DNA of 54,958 bases, the filler included, from Streblomastix strix (taxonomy: Eukaryota), in assembly GCA_008636045.1 (NCBI GenBank). It is 3 parts of 3 records of this genome, joined end to end, with 100 filler letters (N's around TTAATTAATTAA, not from the genome) between each part and the next. Parts side by side here need not be neighbours in the genome. Positions count along the whole stretch, not along the records: positions 1 to 18,255 come from SNRW01000625.1; positions 18,356 to 36,607 come from SNRW01000626.1; 1 more part is not named here. One strand, written 5' to 3'. Position numbers and translations under genes: made by a program. The notes beneath the pieces are model-generated. The model searched no databases. It saw only the letters and a list, made by a program, of their open reading frames with translations, and had not been told where the DNA came from. Shown piece after piece: positions 14,991 through 29,538 of this stretch; the stretch's first letter is position 1, and each line of letters starts with the position of its first letter.

Positions 14991-17176
14991 TCATTTAGAC
15001 TATTTTTTTGTTATTTGACTAATATTTTCAATAACCATGCCTTGAATGACAAGTCTAATATTTCCTTAATCTGGATGATTCTCCAGCCAATTAACAACTG
15101 CTTTTTCTGCTGCACGTTACATACTTATTTTGTCATCTTATTCTTGATCGGTATATTAAATGCATTTTACACCAGGATCGGAATAGTGAGTAGATGGATT
15201 GTCTATTAAAATAAATTGATTATAGAGATATGAGTGAATAGATAAATGAAGATAAAAACTATTAACTGCCTTATTACCTTAATTTATAATTGTATCACAA
15301 CAGTAGCACATGTTATATTCACATACAGAACATCTTATTTGATTGCACCCTTTATCTTTCATTATCTGAGTGCGGCATTTACGACATTACCTAATAATTG
15401 ATTCACTAACAGCTAAATTACAATAAAAAGAATAATAAATATTTAATATATAAAAGAATATTAGCTTATGATTAAGTTTAATTTAATTTAATTAAAATAA
15501 TATATTTATAATATTATTAATGATTCTTCAAAACCTAATTCAACACATTTCTTCAAATCATTTTCAGCATCGGATGTTTTTAGAGCTTTACAGAGCTCAC
15601 CCTTCTTATGGGCAATTTAATTACACAATGTGCAACTACGCTTCATACATAATGGATTCTAACATTGCAATTCTGTTGGCTTTTTATTTTGAATAGTTCC
15701 TGGTCCAATATTAATACCTGTGAATATTCCTGTGTTTGGTTTTATTCCTTATTAGTTGTCTTAAATATAAACAGCGTATATACAGAATGGGCATTATAAT
15801 AATCCTGGTAAATTCGCAAGTCTTAAATCATTAAAAGTATTTAGTTCCTCAAGCATTTTATATTTCTTTTTTGACAATACCAATCTGAGTGTTTCATTGC
15901 TATATCTATTTCCAGGACAATCAGATTCAGTTAAACAATCAATGCGAGGTTTAGAAATTGAGAGGGCATGATTAACTGCATCTTTCAAACAACTTCTACA
16001 AACTAAATGTCCTTCAACACAATAACATATCTCTTCCCACAATTTATCACTTTCTCCACAAATTGGACATGAGATCAGTTCATCTTTACCTTACATTTTA
16101 ATCTCTTGTCGTTATTATTCATTTTATAATCTAATTAGATATTTTGAATTGTTTTTCTCTTTCATGTTTTGTAAATAAGAGAATTCTTCCAAAAATTCAT
16201 CATATCCTCTACTTTTACTTTATATAATTTAATCTGAATTATTATCTAAAATATTTTAATCGTTTTATGGAGTTATTGGAGGTTGAATTGAAGAATGAAT
16301 TGAATTTGATTTATTAGAAGAAGATGAATGAGAAGATTTTGATGATTTATGAATTGAAGGAGGAGATTATGATCTTTTTTATGATCTTTGTTTAGTTATT
16401 GATAATTCTTCTATATTGGGATAATCAATTTATGGATTATTTAACGGTAATTATGCTTAGCGATATACATCAATAGATATATATTTCATACTCTAAATAA
16501 GATTCTTTTTTTATTAAGAACTTAATTCTTTGGGTTATTATTCAATTAATTAATTATCATTTTCAATTCTTTCATAATTGTTTGAGAATATATTGAAATT
16601 TTAATAGCAGTTTAGTTTTTGTTCAAATTATTCAAATTAAGAAAAGATTGACTAAGAAGGAGAAGATTTTTATGAAGAAGATATTTAAGTTGAGGATGAA
16701 CAATTATTTTGAAACAAAGAAAAATTCTATGAAGCGAGAAAAGGATATAGTAATGATCTATATGAAGGATACAAATGATAATTATGTGCTGCGAGATTCG
16801 CAAAATGAAGACAAATTGAGATTTTAGGAAATTCATTAATCAAATAAGAAATTGTGCATCTTTTGTATATTTCATCAACTTCACTGAAACAATCTTTAAA
16901 ATATGCTTTTGGTTTACTAATTTTTACAATTTTGAATGAATGAAATGGCGATTGAATTAATTGAGTAGATGGAAGATTAAGACTATTTATATGTTATAAT
17001 TCTTTATCTTCAATTTCTTTTTCTTTAGTATCATTTTCGGTAGAATTTCTTGATTTTAATGGAAAGTTTCCTTACAATTGCATTATATCATTAGTTACTG
17101 AATCAAATGTATTACTTTTATTTTTTGATAAAAGAAGCAATTATCTTACAAAATCAGTATCAATATCTGGAAACAT
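14991..17176 (-). CDS. RBR (RING-IBR-RING) E3 ubiquitin ligase, RNF216/TRIAD3-like, with CUE-like N-terminus
   Basis: RING1 CPIC…CVEGHLVCRSC…C…DC. IBR CPFC…CQNPLC…CTLCNQIAH…C. RING2 CRKC…KDKGCNQIRCSVCEYNMCYCC. N-terminus MFPDIDTDFVRQLL. Two introns. The start could lie at 17255 if there is a frameshift. Confidence 0.85.
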
Positions 17177-17278
17177 TCCAGAAGATGAATTTTGTATCTT
17201 GAATAAGTTAATTTTCGTCGTAATTATAATTTGCTTCTTGTATCAAACTCAACATTAAGAACTCGTATTTATCTTTGT

Positions 17279-18255
17279 TCACTTCTTTCCACTGATCTTT
17301 TCCAATAGCTTCGCATACTAATGTTTGTTTATAAAAATGAGAATAGGTAAAAAAAATGAGATTAGGTAATAAAAATTGATATCAGTAACAAATGATTAAT
17401 AATAAATATTAAATATATGAACGTGCTTTTGGATTGCTAAGCAATTTTTACGGATCAGAAAGTCCCTGTAATATAAAAAGTAAAAGAAAGAATAAATAAT
17501 CAATAATCAATAATGAAAAAAGAATAAATAATTAATAGTAAAAGAATAAAATAATCATTCATAATAAATTAATAAGTTAATTTTGATTCATACAGCAATG
17601 AATTCGGGATCCTTTAACGCAGCAGATAATTCTGGGTCACTCATATCAATGTTCGGTTTTGCAGAGCCTTAACTAGCTCCACTGGGACCACCTGCATTTC
17701 CTTAACCAAATCCACTCGCTCCCCCTGGGAACCCCCCTCCAAATCCTCCTGCACCTGGGAACCCACCAGGCATTCCCCCTCCAAAGCCACCAGCTCCTCC
17801 TTAATTCTTTCCCATTTATGCCATCATAATCTTCTGTAAAATTTTAGCATACTATCGGTCATTAATAAAATTGAGATCAGATAAACAAAAAAAATTGATA
17901 TCAGTAACAAATGATTAATATTAAATATTAAAATTTACTTTAGGGTTGCCCATCAGCTTCTGTGGATTGTTCAGATTCTATAAAAATAAATATATAAATA
18001 AGTAAATATAAATTAAAGAATCTTACATACTTCCATGAATTCTGGATCTTTTAATGCAGCTGTAAATAATAAAATAATATTAAAATATAATTAAACTTCA
18101 ATTATGTTGATATCAAACCTGCAATATCAGGATCATTTGGATCTATATATAAGTATAATAATAATAATAACAATAATAACAATAATAATCATATATCATA
18201 TATCATATTAATTTCAATACCTATTCCTCCAGCACCACCACCTGAACCTGGATAT
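17279..18255 (-). CDS. C-terminal part of a HIP/ST13-like co-chaperone: two STI1 (DP) domains separated by GGMP/GGFP repeats (5' truncated)
   Basis: DPNDPDIAAALKDPEFME…NPQKLMGNPKYAKILQKIMM, then GGFGGGMPGGFPGAGGFGGGFPGG, then DMSDPELSAALKDPEFIA…DPQKLLSNPKYAKLLEKISGKK-TGA. Several short introns. Confidence 0.75.
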
Positions 18256-18355
18256 NNNNNNNNNNNNNNNNNNNNNNNNNNNNNNNNNNNNNNNNNNNNT
18301 TAATTAATTAANNNNNNNNNNNNNNNNNNNNNNNNNNNNNNNNNNNNNNNNNNNN
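18256..18355. other. Artificial contig-joining linker (N44-TTAATTAATTAA-N44)
   Basis: All-frame stop spacer between N runs; an identical structure lies at 36608-36707. Confidence 0.97.
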
Positions 18356-18899
18356 AGAAATGATACTCACCTAATGTCTATTTATACTTGAGAACTTATT
18401 ATTTTTCTTCTAAAAGATAGACTTAAAATCAATATACGCTTTATATGGGTTAGCTTTCTCTTATTCAAATGACTAATCAATTTTATATTTTTTCAGCTAC
18501 TGAAAATCAAAGAATTGACTGTATTTGTATTAGATATATGGTTTTTTTATTATTTATATCTTTTAACCTCATTAATGCTTCCACTAATCTATTTATATTA
18601 ATTTCATTCTAATCATAATGTTTCTTATATATTTAAGCAAATTTTTTATAAAAGTTAGTGAATTTTTTTAAGGTTTGAATTTAACAAATTCTTTCTATTC
18701 AAGATCTTTATTTTTATTTAATTATTATGTTTTTGAAATATTTGGTTCACAAAAGTGATCCTTATGTAACCCAATATATTCATCATTAGGCTTTTTCACA
18801 ATTTAATTTATTTATTTTGCACTTTATTTTATATATAGATATTTTATTACCCTATTGAATTTTTAACCCTATCTCATAAATATTAAAAAGATAGTTATT

Positions 18900-20235
18900 T
18901 ATTACAATTATTCGTATAGCTTATGCGTCTTCCATTTGCACTATACATTGAAATCATTGAAATATTGAGTTGGTTTAACGATGCAATAAAACGATTTAAC
19001 TAATTCCGTAGTATTTATCCATACAGTAGGTTAAATGAAACTAATGGAAAAAATAATTGAATGATATAAAAATTTCAATTAACAAACAGAACTAGAAAGA
19101 TATCAATAAATATTCAAGATAAGTGTAATATCATATACATGTGATGAGATGAAATATAAAACTGACCGAAACGATATCAAATTACTTAGAAAATTTGAAG
19201 ATGATGTTATTGATAAGAATTATCTAACAATGAATGTATTATAAATTCCATTGTCATTAATAGAAGAAATTCATGCAATGTATATTAGTGACGTAGGTAA
19301 GGCAATTATTGGAAACATTGCCCCATGAATTGAGTGAAAATATTTAATACTAAGAATTATAATTATTAGCGAGATTTAATTAGACATTTGAAGTATTGTT
19401 AAAGTTTACAGATAATTAAATATGTAAAATTAGTTCATTTATTTATATCTTTTTATCTTCATATGTTTAATAATTAGTTATTACAAAAATTAATTGTAGC
19501 TCTCTAAACAGATTTAATAATGCTGACACTTAACTATATTTCATTTGACTTTGAGATAATAAAGTGTTTAATTAATATCGACAATGTGATAGCTTAATTA
19601 GAACCATTATCAGTAATATCAGTTATAGGATTTAATTCAAAGAAATTTGATATGAGTCCATTACTCAAACAATTAATAGAAAATATGGCTAAAATTTTAT
19701 ATGTTGGATCAATAATATAAATTAAACAAACAATAGTATAATATTAAGATGATAATCTTGACTTGAAATTTATTGAAATATAATCTTACATCCCACAAAA
19801 GAATACAATAATTCTATGACTTATATTACGAAGAATGGCTTTCATGGAATAATTGTAATGTTGCTGAGGAGAAGAAATTAATATCAATCACCAAAGAGCT
19901 CTAGTGAGAGAATATTGTCTGTCTTTGCTCCTAAATGCCATAGTTTATGCAAAAGAAACGAATAAATTGATGACATAGTATCATTATTAAATTGGATGAA
20001 GTGAGTTAGCGAGGATAAAGCAAAATGATCGACAACTTATTTTCATTGATGTATGAATGATGATTGCAATAACAATGTGACAACTAAAAATTTATAAATG
20101 AAATAGAGAATTAAATCTACGATTAGTACTAGAAAATCAGCGCTTGCAGGAGCTCATAAAAAGATGGTTAAATTATCTAACTGATGTTGTGCACTAACTT
20201 TTTGTGACATTAGTGCAGAATATTATATAATTGAT
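18900..20235 (+). mobile_element. Heavily deleted protein-primed PolB remnant of a Polinton-like element
   Basis: ExoI-like YISFDFEI (~19540) and ExoII-like VIGFNSKKFDM (~19625). C-terminal segment …NLQMKQRIKSTISTRKSALAGAHKKMVKLSN*CC… resembles the C-terminus of the polB at 40520. Many TGA and frameshifts; polymerase core missing. Confidence 0.6.
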
Positions 20236-21780
20236 TGATAATGCTGTTAATTTTGATGATGAATCGTTTATATTTTGTCATAAAATTTATAAGCATAAAT
20301 TGCGTAAATAAAACAGTAGTCTATGTTAAAAAAATATCTATCATATTGATGAAATTGCGATGCTAATTGGATGGCAGAATTTAACACCCTGTGTTGCAAT
20401 CTTTTAATATTTTTATAACACTTCTTCATAAACTCATCTCATGCCCTTCCAAAATGAATATCCCAACCCGAGGTGAAACAATAATAAAAAGAGAATTCCC
20501 TAGATAATTGATGGATCGAACACGCAGAATGATACTGAAAGTGGGCCTGAGCGCATGGGTTGATAACAATTAGATAAGGACATTACTCTGTCAAAGTTTG
20601 ATCGGCTTGAAATAACGGATTATCGATAAAGCGATGTTGTCATCGAATTGCATCGACGAGTATGAAGAAGAAATAGAAGAGTGAGTGAAGTTAAACAAAT
20701 CCTATAAGAAAAATTAAGCGAATAATGAAATTTAATTGCATTTTATTTAATATATTTGCTTTTATTTACTATACTTAAACTTAAACCATTATTACTTGAG
20801 AATTTCTCTATGAGATTCTATATTTTCTTTTCCTCAAAAGTGCAGTTAATTATTTTATTTAATTAAATTTGGGATTTTTAAACTTATTAATTTATTTTCG
20901 CCACGAGAGAAGTTTTTTCAAACCAATTTTTTACTCTCAATTTAGTTTTTTCTAAAATTTTTAATAAATATATATATTTAACTGGGTTTTTTATTAACGT
21001 TAATCAGTATTTTCCCAGAGGGTTTTTATTACTTAATTTTTTCCCACACTGACTATTATATTTTTTAATTTCTTCTTGTCTTGCCTCGTTTTGCCGAACT
21101 CTCTTTACTGGGACTCGGATGTAATTTTTTATTGCTTTTGTAAAGTTGTTTTTTCTTATTTGAATTCTTTATCATATTAATTAGGCCATCCCATAAATCG
21201 GATGCCTGCACATGTACAGATCATACTGGGGCCATAATTGTATCTAAATAAAGATATGAGATAAGGAGATACGGGGATAACAAATCAAAATCTTTCTGTT
21301 TAATTTACAGAAATGAATAAGCGATAATTTTTCCAAATTAAACGTAATAATTTATTATAAAATAATTTATTATAGAAAATATTAAAGATATAATTAATTT
21401 TGATGTATTTTTCAAGGTTTACAGGAAATATTTTGATTTTATTATTATTTTGTCTATTTAAAGCTAATAATCCAATTTTCATCAAAATTATTTGCATTTT
21501 ATTTGTTAATTTGTCTTTAAATTATATATATATATCTTTTTTACTTAGCTATATTATTTTCTACTTCAAAATTGACAAATGAATTTTTATTAATTAAATT
21601 TCCATCAGAACTCGCTGATAAATTTATTTTTATTTAATTTTTATTAATTTTAAAATATTATATTATTATCAACAATTTATTATATTCAATTTAATTCTTA
21701 ACTTTATCTATTCACAAAATTACTATAATTTAGAATTTTAACAACTTTTTTTTATAAAATTCAATTATTACAGCTTTACC

Positions 21781-24700
21781 ATGGGTTGCAGCTCTTCTTA
21801 TATATTTAAGTTTTAGCTTGATTCAACTATTTAATATATTAATTAAGGAAGATCATAAAAATAAGATAATAATTGCATTAAACGAAATTAGCTTTTATTT
21901 TAAAATGAAGAAGAATTGAATATATTATAAGATGAAATACATGTTGATCAAAATTCTTCCTCAATTATTTGTTTGCTGAATTTCTATTTTTTTAAATATA
22001 TCTTTTAATTTATTATATTTTTTATATTTCTCAGAAAATAACATTCCAAACATGCCATTTTAAGAAGAAATAATGCATATAATCAAAAAATCATCAAATT
22101 TTCATAATTGCACTTTTCCTGTTTGGGAATAAGTAAATATTGTAAAAGTTAGTTATCCAAGAAATTCATTATTCTGTGTTAATAAACCATTTCATTGCGA
22201 TAAATTAATCAAAGAATAGAAAATGGAACTTGTTCGTCCATATAAAATTTATCCATTGAAAATATATAAAATTTTATTTAGAAATGAAGATTGGAATAGT
22301 GTTTAATAAAGGTATGTTGGAGACTGCTCATTTATTTCGGCATTAATTGTTATGAGATATATGGAATCATGATTAGGGAAATCGTTAATAAAAGATAAGT
22401 TGTATCCTTAAGATTTGAATGGAAATGCAATATATAATCCATCTGGATAATACCAACTTCGTGTTCATTTCAATGGCTCCTGGCGTGTTTCCGAGGTTGA
22501 TGATAGACTTCCTTGCCATCGTTTATATTATAAGAATAAATAAGGTAACTAACAAAGATGTATAGGAGTTGCTCATAGTGATGTTCCTGGAATGCTCTGG
22601 GTGTCTATTATTGAGAAGGCATACCTTCATATAGCAGCAAATGATTATGACTCGCGTGGAATTAATGGATAATTGGCTATTTTTGCTTTATCGCGCTGGA
22701 TTCCAGATTGTGATTTTGATTTTTAAACTATTTTTGAATCTGACACACAATTTGAGAAAATGGAGTAAAGAATGATGAATGATGAAGTGATGATACTTTT
22801 ATCGATCCCAGATGGTACACTTAATGAATTTGATGAAATTAATCTTGGATTGAATCAACGCCATTGCTATGCTTTGATTGGAATAGTTAAAGTTGAAAAT
22901 AAAAAACTATTTATCATTAGAAATCCAAATAAATAATTTGTTTATGGAAAAGGATTATGCATCTTTGATAAAGAAAGAAAGATTTAAGATCTTACTAATA
23001 TTTCTGGATTAAAACCCGAAATACATGAATTTATAAGAAAGAATAAAGGAATATTTTTAATGGACTTTGATGATGCAAAATAGTACTTTAATTCTGTACA
23101 TATTAGTTGGAATCCATCATTGTTTCCATATACCACTGAATTTCATTTCTCGTGGAAAGCAGAAGATTATTTGACTAAAGATTCAAATTTGAGATTTCGA
23201 TATTCTCCTTAATTCCTCTTCAATCGCTAGTCAAAAACTTAAATGTTCAAAATTGTGATTAATAGACATTATCAGCACCCCGTGCCAATATGTAAATATT
23301 ACTCTAAAGAATAAGAAGAATTGATAACAAAAGAGCAAGAGAAACCTATCTCATTTGCAATGTACTTAATGAAACACGAAAATCAAGTTAAGTCTCAAAC
23401 TAATAACGAAAATGAAAGATTAGATATAATTGTTGATCATAATTCAGAACCATTAAATCCAAGAATTTACTCAAAAAATAAATAGATAATTAAGACTTCA
23501 TATACTCATTCTAATTTAAAAGTATTAAATGTCGGAATAAGAAATAATGAAGATTTCAATGATATATAATATACTCGCAAAATCAAAGATCAGAAAATGC
23601 AAGAATAGTTTTCAGATTTTATTGGGTATTTCGCAGGAATAATGCGAATTAAAGAGGAATTCAGATAATATAATGAATTGTGATTCTCAATATACATATT
23701 CTCCAATGAAGAAATTTAATGTGCAAAATATATTCCTGATCATATTTCTGAAGAAAGAACTATATAATCAAAGTGGCCACCTAAACCAATGTTAAACTTG
23801 ATTGAGTTTGAAAGATATTAATTTTAAGATAAAATCATTCGGAATAAATATAATTCTGATAAATATTTGTTGAAAAGTTAATCATTCTCCATTAATGCAT
23901 CCTCTCAATTATTTAACAATACAGACTTGGAGAAATATTTTGTTGATATCAAAGAACAGAAAAATTCAGAATTACTTTAATTATTTTAAAGATCAATATA
24001 AGTTCTCCTTGCTCCACAACATATCCTAAAATTTTCACCAAATGAATCAGCATAGTTGTTTGGAAGAGAATTAATTGTATATGGTGAATAAAATAAGAAA
24101 CTTTCTGGATATGAAAGACAACCAGTTAATTTATATATTAATTACAGCTTGTTAGAAAATGTGAGTACTCATATAATTAATAATGAAAAAGAGGAATAAG
24201 TTTCTGAAAGATGCAAATTTGTTGAAAGATTTTAAAAGCTGCAATTGAAAGGTAATTACATCAGAAAATCAAAATCCTCTAAGAGAATCAAATTAGATCC
24301 ATCAAAAACGGGATCTTCACATCAAGTTGCAATTTCTCCATTTGTGGATTTTTACAACTGGAATACCGGAGATGAATATTTGATTACATATATTCCACCA
24401 TTTGGATATAATTGTACAGTTTAATAGTTAAATCCTCCATTGCAGATAATGAAATATTAAATTATGAAGACTAGCACAATTTATTAACCTTCGTTTTATA
24501 CAAATAATATCAAACCAATTTCGCATAAATATGAAATTCTTCGCGTTCCAAGCTAGACAGATATTTTCATCTTGTTCATTGCAACATGTGAGACAGATTC
24601 AAACTTGCCATTCAATCCATAATTAAATTTGAACAAAATTTGATACATGAGTGTAAATATAAATAAAGATATGTATAAAACTACTGATAAATAAACAGTT

Positions 24701-25681
24701 TCTATGATTCAAAGAATAACTGAAACATATTATAGTACTAAAGATAGACCAATTTATATTGCAGAGAGAGTTGAAACATATATTGATGGATATAAAGAAA
24801 TTCATTCTTCGATGAAAAGCGAATAACATTCACATAAAAAGAAATCAAAAAATTAATAATAATAATATAATACCTAGAATAGTAAATTTGTATCAAGATA
24901 AGGAGCCTGCTCACTTGCTTCTGGTGTTGATTATGTACTTGACATCAGTACTTAAGTTCACTATCCTGTTGAATATTGGGTATTTATATGGAGTGAATGC
25001 TCAATAGAATTACTAAGCTTAAATGAGCATCTTATTTATAAATCTTTGAATTAATTAAATTTAATTATAAATCCGCTTCATTAATTTACTAAAAATGATA
25101 AATCTTCAAATCTAATGAAATATATATTGAGTAATCAAATAAAGTTGCAAATGAATGAAAATATAAGTATTTTAATCCAACAACTTCAATTATTAAAACA
25201 ATTAAATTAAACTAACTTAATTTTATAGAATTTGAAACCTTCATTAATTATTGATTGCTTGAATGTTGAAATTTATATCATTTAAATGAACAATGCTACA
25301 AACTTCATATTTTAATTATGTTCTCATTAAGATTATAAACCAATTGATACTTTCCATCTCTTTAATGAAAGTTCATCTTAGATAACTCATGATAATAAAT
25401 TTCTATTTTAAGAAATTGATTTGTGCGTAATTATGAAAAATTCGTTTAAAATCAAATCCAATCTTAATAACCAAATTCAAATACTGTAATCTATTGTGTT
25501 GAATCGACATATAGACAATGAAGAAACATTGTTGATTAATTTTCCTTTATCACATTTCAAACTGAAATAAGTTTAAGATTATAATAATTAGTTTAGAATC
25601 AATTTATTGAAAGCATTCACATAAATTGGTCTACGTTTAACAAATGCAAATTAATTTAAATACTTTATTATATCTTAATGA
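21781..25681 (+). CDS. Calpain-7/PalB-like cysteine protease with N-terminal MGC acylation motif; three in-frame TGA
   Basis: ATG-GGT-TGC start, intron 21971-22034. Motifs QQRYVGDCSFISAL (Cys), YNPSGQYQLRVHFNGSWR…DDRLP, LWVSIIEKAY, GLNQRHCYAL (His), IRNP (Asn), SWNPSLF. No frameshift up to TGA at 25679. Internal TGA at 22370, 23681 and 24641. Confidence 0.85.
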
Positions 25682-26168
25682 GGTATTGATTAATAATAGT
25701 TTTGAAAGAGAGAAATTGAAATTGTATATTGTTAATAGTAATTCAGCACTATATTTATATTTTAATCATTTATTATTTTTTGATTTATTTCAATCTTTTT
25801 ATGTAATTATACTTAATATCATTATTGCAACGAATAAATAAAAATATATTACAAATATAATGAAAATATAATAACAAAAACAAATTGATAAAAGGACATT
25901 TAACAAATATACGAAAATATGCTTTAGATTTGATGTTGAAGTATTTTTAATTATAAATTGATTCGCAGTCAGAATTTACTTAATCGGAGTGAAATCAAAA
26001 TTCAAAAGGATTATTATCAAATTGAGATTCAATAATTATCATCAAATACTCAAGTATAATTTAATTTACAATAATAATTAAAAAATATATATATCATAAA
26101 TATAATATAAAGTAAATCACAAATAGTAAATTATTCAACTTATGATATGTATTTATTTACAATAATTT

Positions 26169-27549
26169 TCATTGATCGAATATTGAATTGATTGCTGCTC
26201 CAATATCCTTATTATTGGTGAGATATGCTTATTGCGCTACATCATTGGTTACACCTGTTAGTTCTTGAATTTATGCTACGCTTGCTTAGTCTTCAACAGA
26301 GAGCTAAAAACAATAATAAAATAATATAAATATATTATTATATATATTATTTATCAATACAACAAACATAATTCGCTTAATCTTGTTAGTGAAAAATCTA
26401 ATCTCCAATATCAGCAACATTGAATACGTCATTGCCAGCTTGGGGAGCACCATCATTTAAATATTGAATAGCTCTTGGATCATATTACATTTTCTTATCA
26501 TCTTCATAAAAATTAATATCATATCCTTAATTATGAAGTGCAGTTCTTTATGCTGAATATCCACTTTCTTGATTAATAGCTTATTTGACCTCACCAACAT
26601 TCCATGGAAATGGAAAAGGAGGAAGCAGTCCAGACGAATTCAAAGGAATTAATTCAATTTGGATCGAATCTTAATCTCCAATGGCTTCTTTGAATTCATT
26701 GAAATTTGTAAACATGAAAGGATGAGGATTTTCTCCAATTGTCCAGATTCTGAAGATTTATTAATCTGGAATATTTAATTAGCTGATGATAGTAAAAAGA
26801 ATCTTCTGGTCTGAATAATATTTGCTTATATTTACAAAGAATTAATTTCCTTGTGTTAAATTACTGGTTTCTTCATTACCCTTCAAAGATACACCAAGGT
26901 GCAATGGATTCTTATCAAGCATCATTGTAATGCCCCCTACAGCAACTACTTCACGTTCTATAACTGGGCCACCTCCAAAGCATTCTAAAAGATTTTGCCA
27001 TACATCATGCTTTACAACACCAAAATCTTTGGATATTTTTATATCTGCTCATAAAAAAAAGTAATTAATTGAAATAGAAATGGAAAAATCTAAGCAAACT
27101 TTCAATAACTTTTCCAGATGTTTGATCAAATAGCTAAGAATTGTTTATTTATGTTAATCGGCCTTCAAAAATATCTTGAAGGAAGTTGGCTTCTACAAGA
27201 AAAGCAGATTATCCATCAGCAAACTTGCTTAACACCCCACGATCCAGAGCTTTTTATGTTTTACTTTATATAGATATAACTACAATAAATTAACAAACAA
27301 AATTAAAATAAAATTGATAATTAATTAATAAATAATATATTATTTTCTAATTTAATATTTATTTATACTTAACGCCTCAATGGTCTAATAAAATCGTGCA
27401 TGGTTCTTCAATTGTAGCGTTTTCTGACATACACCAATAAATCGTATCGCATCTGGCAAAAATTTCATTTCTAATAGAGTCTCTAATAAGATATATTCAC
27501 CAAGTCCAATTAACCCTCCAATAACATTGTATTCGTCTGGCACAGTCAT
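26169..27549 (-). CDS. Protein with F-box-like N-terminus, DUSP domain, UBL-like region and C-terminal UBA; no USP catalytic domain
   Basis: Three introns. N-terminus LIGLGEYILLETLLEMKFLPDAIRFIGVCQK. DUSP signature INNSQLFD…DFGVVKHDVWQNLLECFGGGPVIER. C-terminus LSVEDQASVAQIQELTGVTNDVAQQAYLTNNKDIGAAINSIFDQ-TGA. Confidence 0.7.
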
Positions 27550-29538
27550 TGAAATAATTCTGATTACAAAAAAAAATTGAAAAAAGTAAAAATAAAATAT
27601 TTAATATTTATTAAAATATAATAAAAGTATTGCATTGTGAACATGAAATAGATAAAAAACTAATTTAATATTTTTAATAATTTTTATTGCTTGACATCAC
27701 TTTGAAATTAAAATTGTATACAACTAAATTTAATGAGCGTATAACATAGTTATTTCTATAAAGAATATGTTTAATCAAAAATATGCAATTATATAAGTAG
27801 TATAGAAAGAAGAAGTTTGCCGTAACTTCAAAATCATATTAATTCAAATCAATTTACCCACGCTAATTGAATAGGTGTAGCAAATTGATTTGAATTAATA
27901 TGATTTTAAACCTACGGCAGCCAATCTTCTCCAAGACTAACCAATAAACGTGTTGGAAAGCATTAATCTTAAAAATTAACGCTGCGATAAATATTGTGGA
28001 TTAATTAAATGTTTTGTCATTCATATGAACTGCGTCAAATTGTTCATGCGCATATTCTTAATTTATAAATAAAAAATATAAAGCGTCAGCGGAAAAAGTT
28101 GGTATTTTTAATAAATTGTGTGGAGCAGCGTGTAGGATTGTTTGTTTGGTTTGATTTTGGGTTAATATTTTATAAAAATGTGTATGAGTAATAATTCAAA
28201 GATATACTGAAAAAAAATTTGCGTTTTTCGATTAGCAAACCGAAAGTATGACACACTAAGCGTTATGCTTCCGATGAAATATCTGTTTGCTTATACGAAT
28301 TATGAAAATAAATCAATAAATATTTAATAAATAAATCAATAAATATAGTGTATATATTGTTTATTATAGTTACATGTCAGAAATATGTCTGGTTGACAGG
28401 AACGTAAAAAAATATTTTTCTTTCAAAATTCAATTGATTCGTTAACAAATTAAGGTGCAATGGTAACAATAATATGTCTACTAATGATTTAAATCAAGAT
28501 TGTATTTATTAGAAAGCTTTATAATATTTTAGAGCAAGTTTTAATTTTAGAAAAATTAACATAGCAAACAATTTCCAGTAAACACTTTAAAAATATGCGC
28601 AAAAGAAATAAATCAATTAATAATATTAAATAATATATTTATTAATGAACAATAAATAAAATATAATTATAAATGTAAAGAAAACAGAAGTTCATTGTTT
28701 GTAAAAATCACTCTCCTTTTCCCACCGCACAACTTGCAAACATGTTATTATCGTATTTTTATGCCCTATAATAATATATAATGTATGAAAATATAACAAA
28801 ATGTAATTTTTAATTATTGCGACTTGTGGATTTTGAAAAAAAAAAATAAAAAACTGGAAATAACCATCGCTGAGTATGCAGATTTTTCAAATAACTAAAA
28901 ATGAAGTGTAAATATATTATATATTCAAATTATATATTCAAAACAAATCCGCATATACTTTTAAAATTAGCCAGAAAATTGGCAATTTTGGACCGATTTT
29001 TGACAGGCCTACTTAATTAAAATTAATTTTAGAAAAAGTATTAATTAAAATTTATTTATATAATAAAAATATATGTTATACTATTTTCAATATTTTTTTA
29101 AAAAAAAAAAATAAATTAGTCTATTTCCTACTTAACTTTTTGCTTATAAAGGCATGCAATCCGATTCTCTGGGTATATTATTGCCTCTCAACCGTTTTCT
29201 TGATAAAACATAAATTTACTTTTGCACTGGTGGTATTTATTAAAGATTTGAAGTTATTGGTCATTAACCCAATATATTCCATTATTATTATATTTATTAT
29301 ATAAAATTATAAAATATATGTTTTCATTCTTATATTAAAACATCACTTACAATTATCAATATTTATTAAAATATATTATTTTTCTAATTTACATGCCCGT
29401 TTTTTCAGCGACAGCAAAATGGTTTTTCATTTATATTTACATTCCCAATAAATATAAATTCGACTTTCTCTCATTATTACATTAATTTCTTTTACTCAAT
29501 AAAGAAATTATCTTTATTTTTATTTATCTTAACAGAAA

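Noticed and set aside
18256..18355. TTAATTAATTAA palindrome as a biological site, and synteny across the gaps
   Set aside because: It is an artificial linker. Contig lengths of 18255, 18252 and 18251 indicate size-sorted concatenation, so cross-gap adjacency is meaningless.
20390..21300. GC-richer coding-like fragments (possible transposase or other gene relics)
   Set aside because: All frames are interrupted and no diagnostic motif was recognised.
27905..29015. Possible TTAA-flanked TIR element
   Set aside because: The end similarity is too weak to support by eye.
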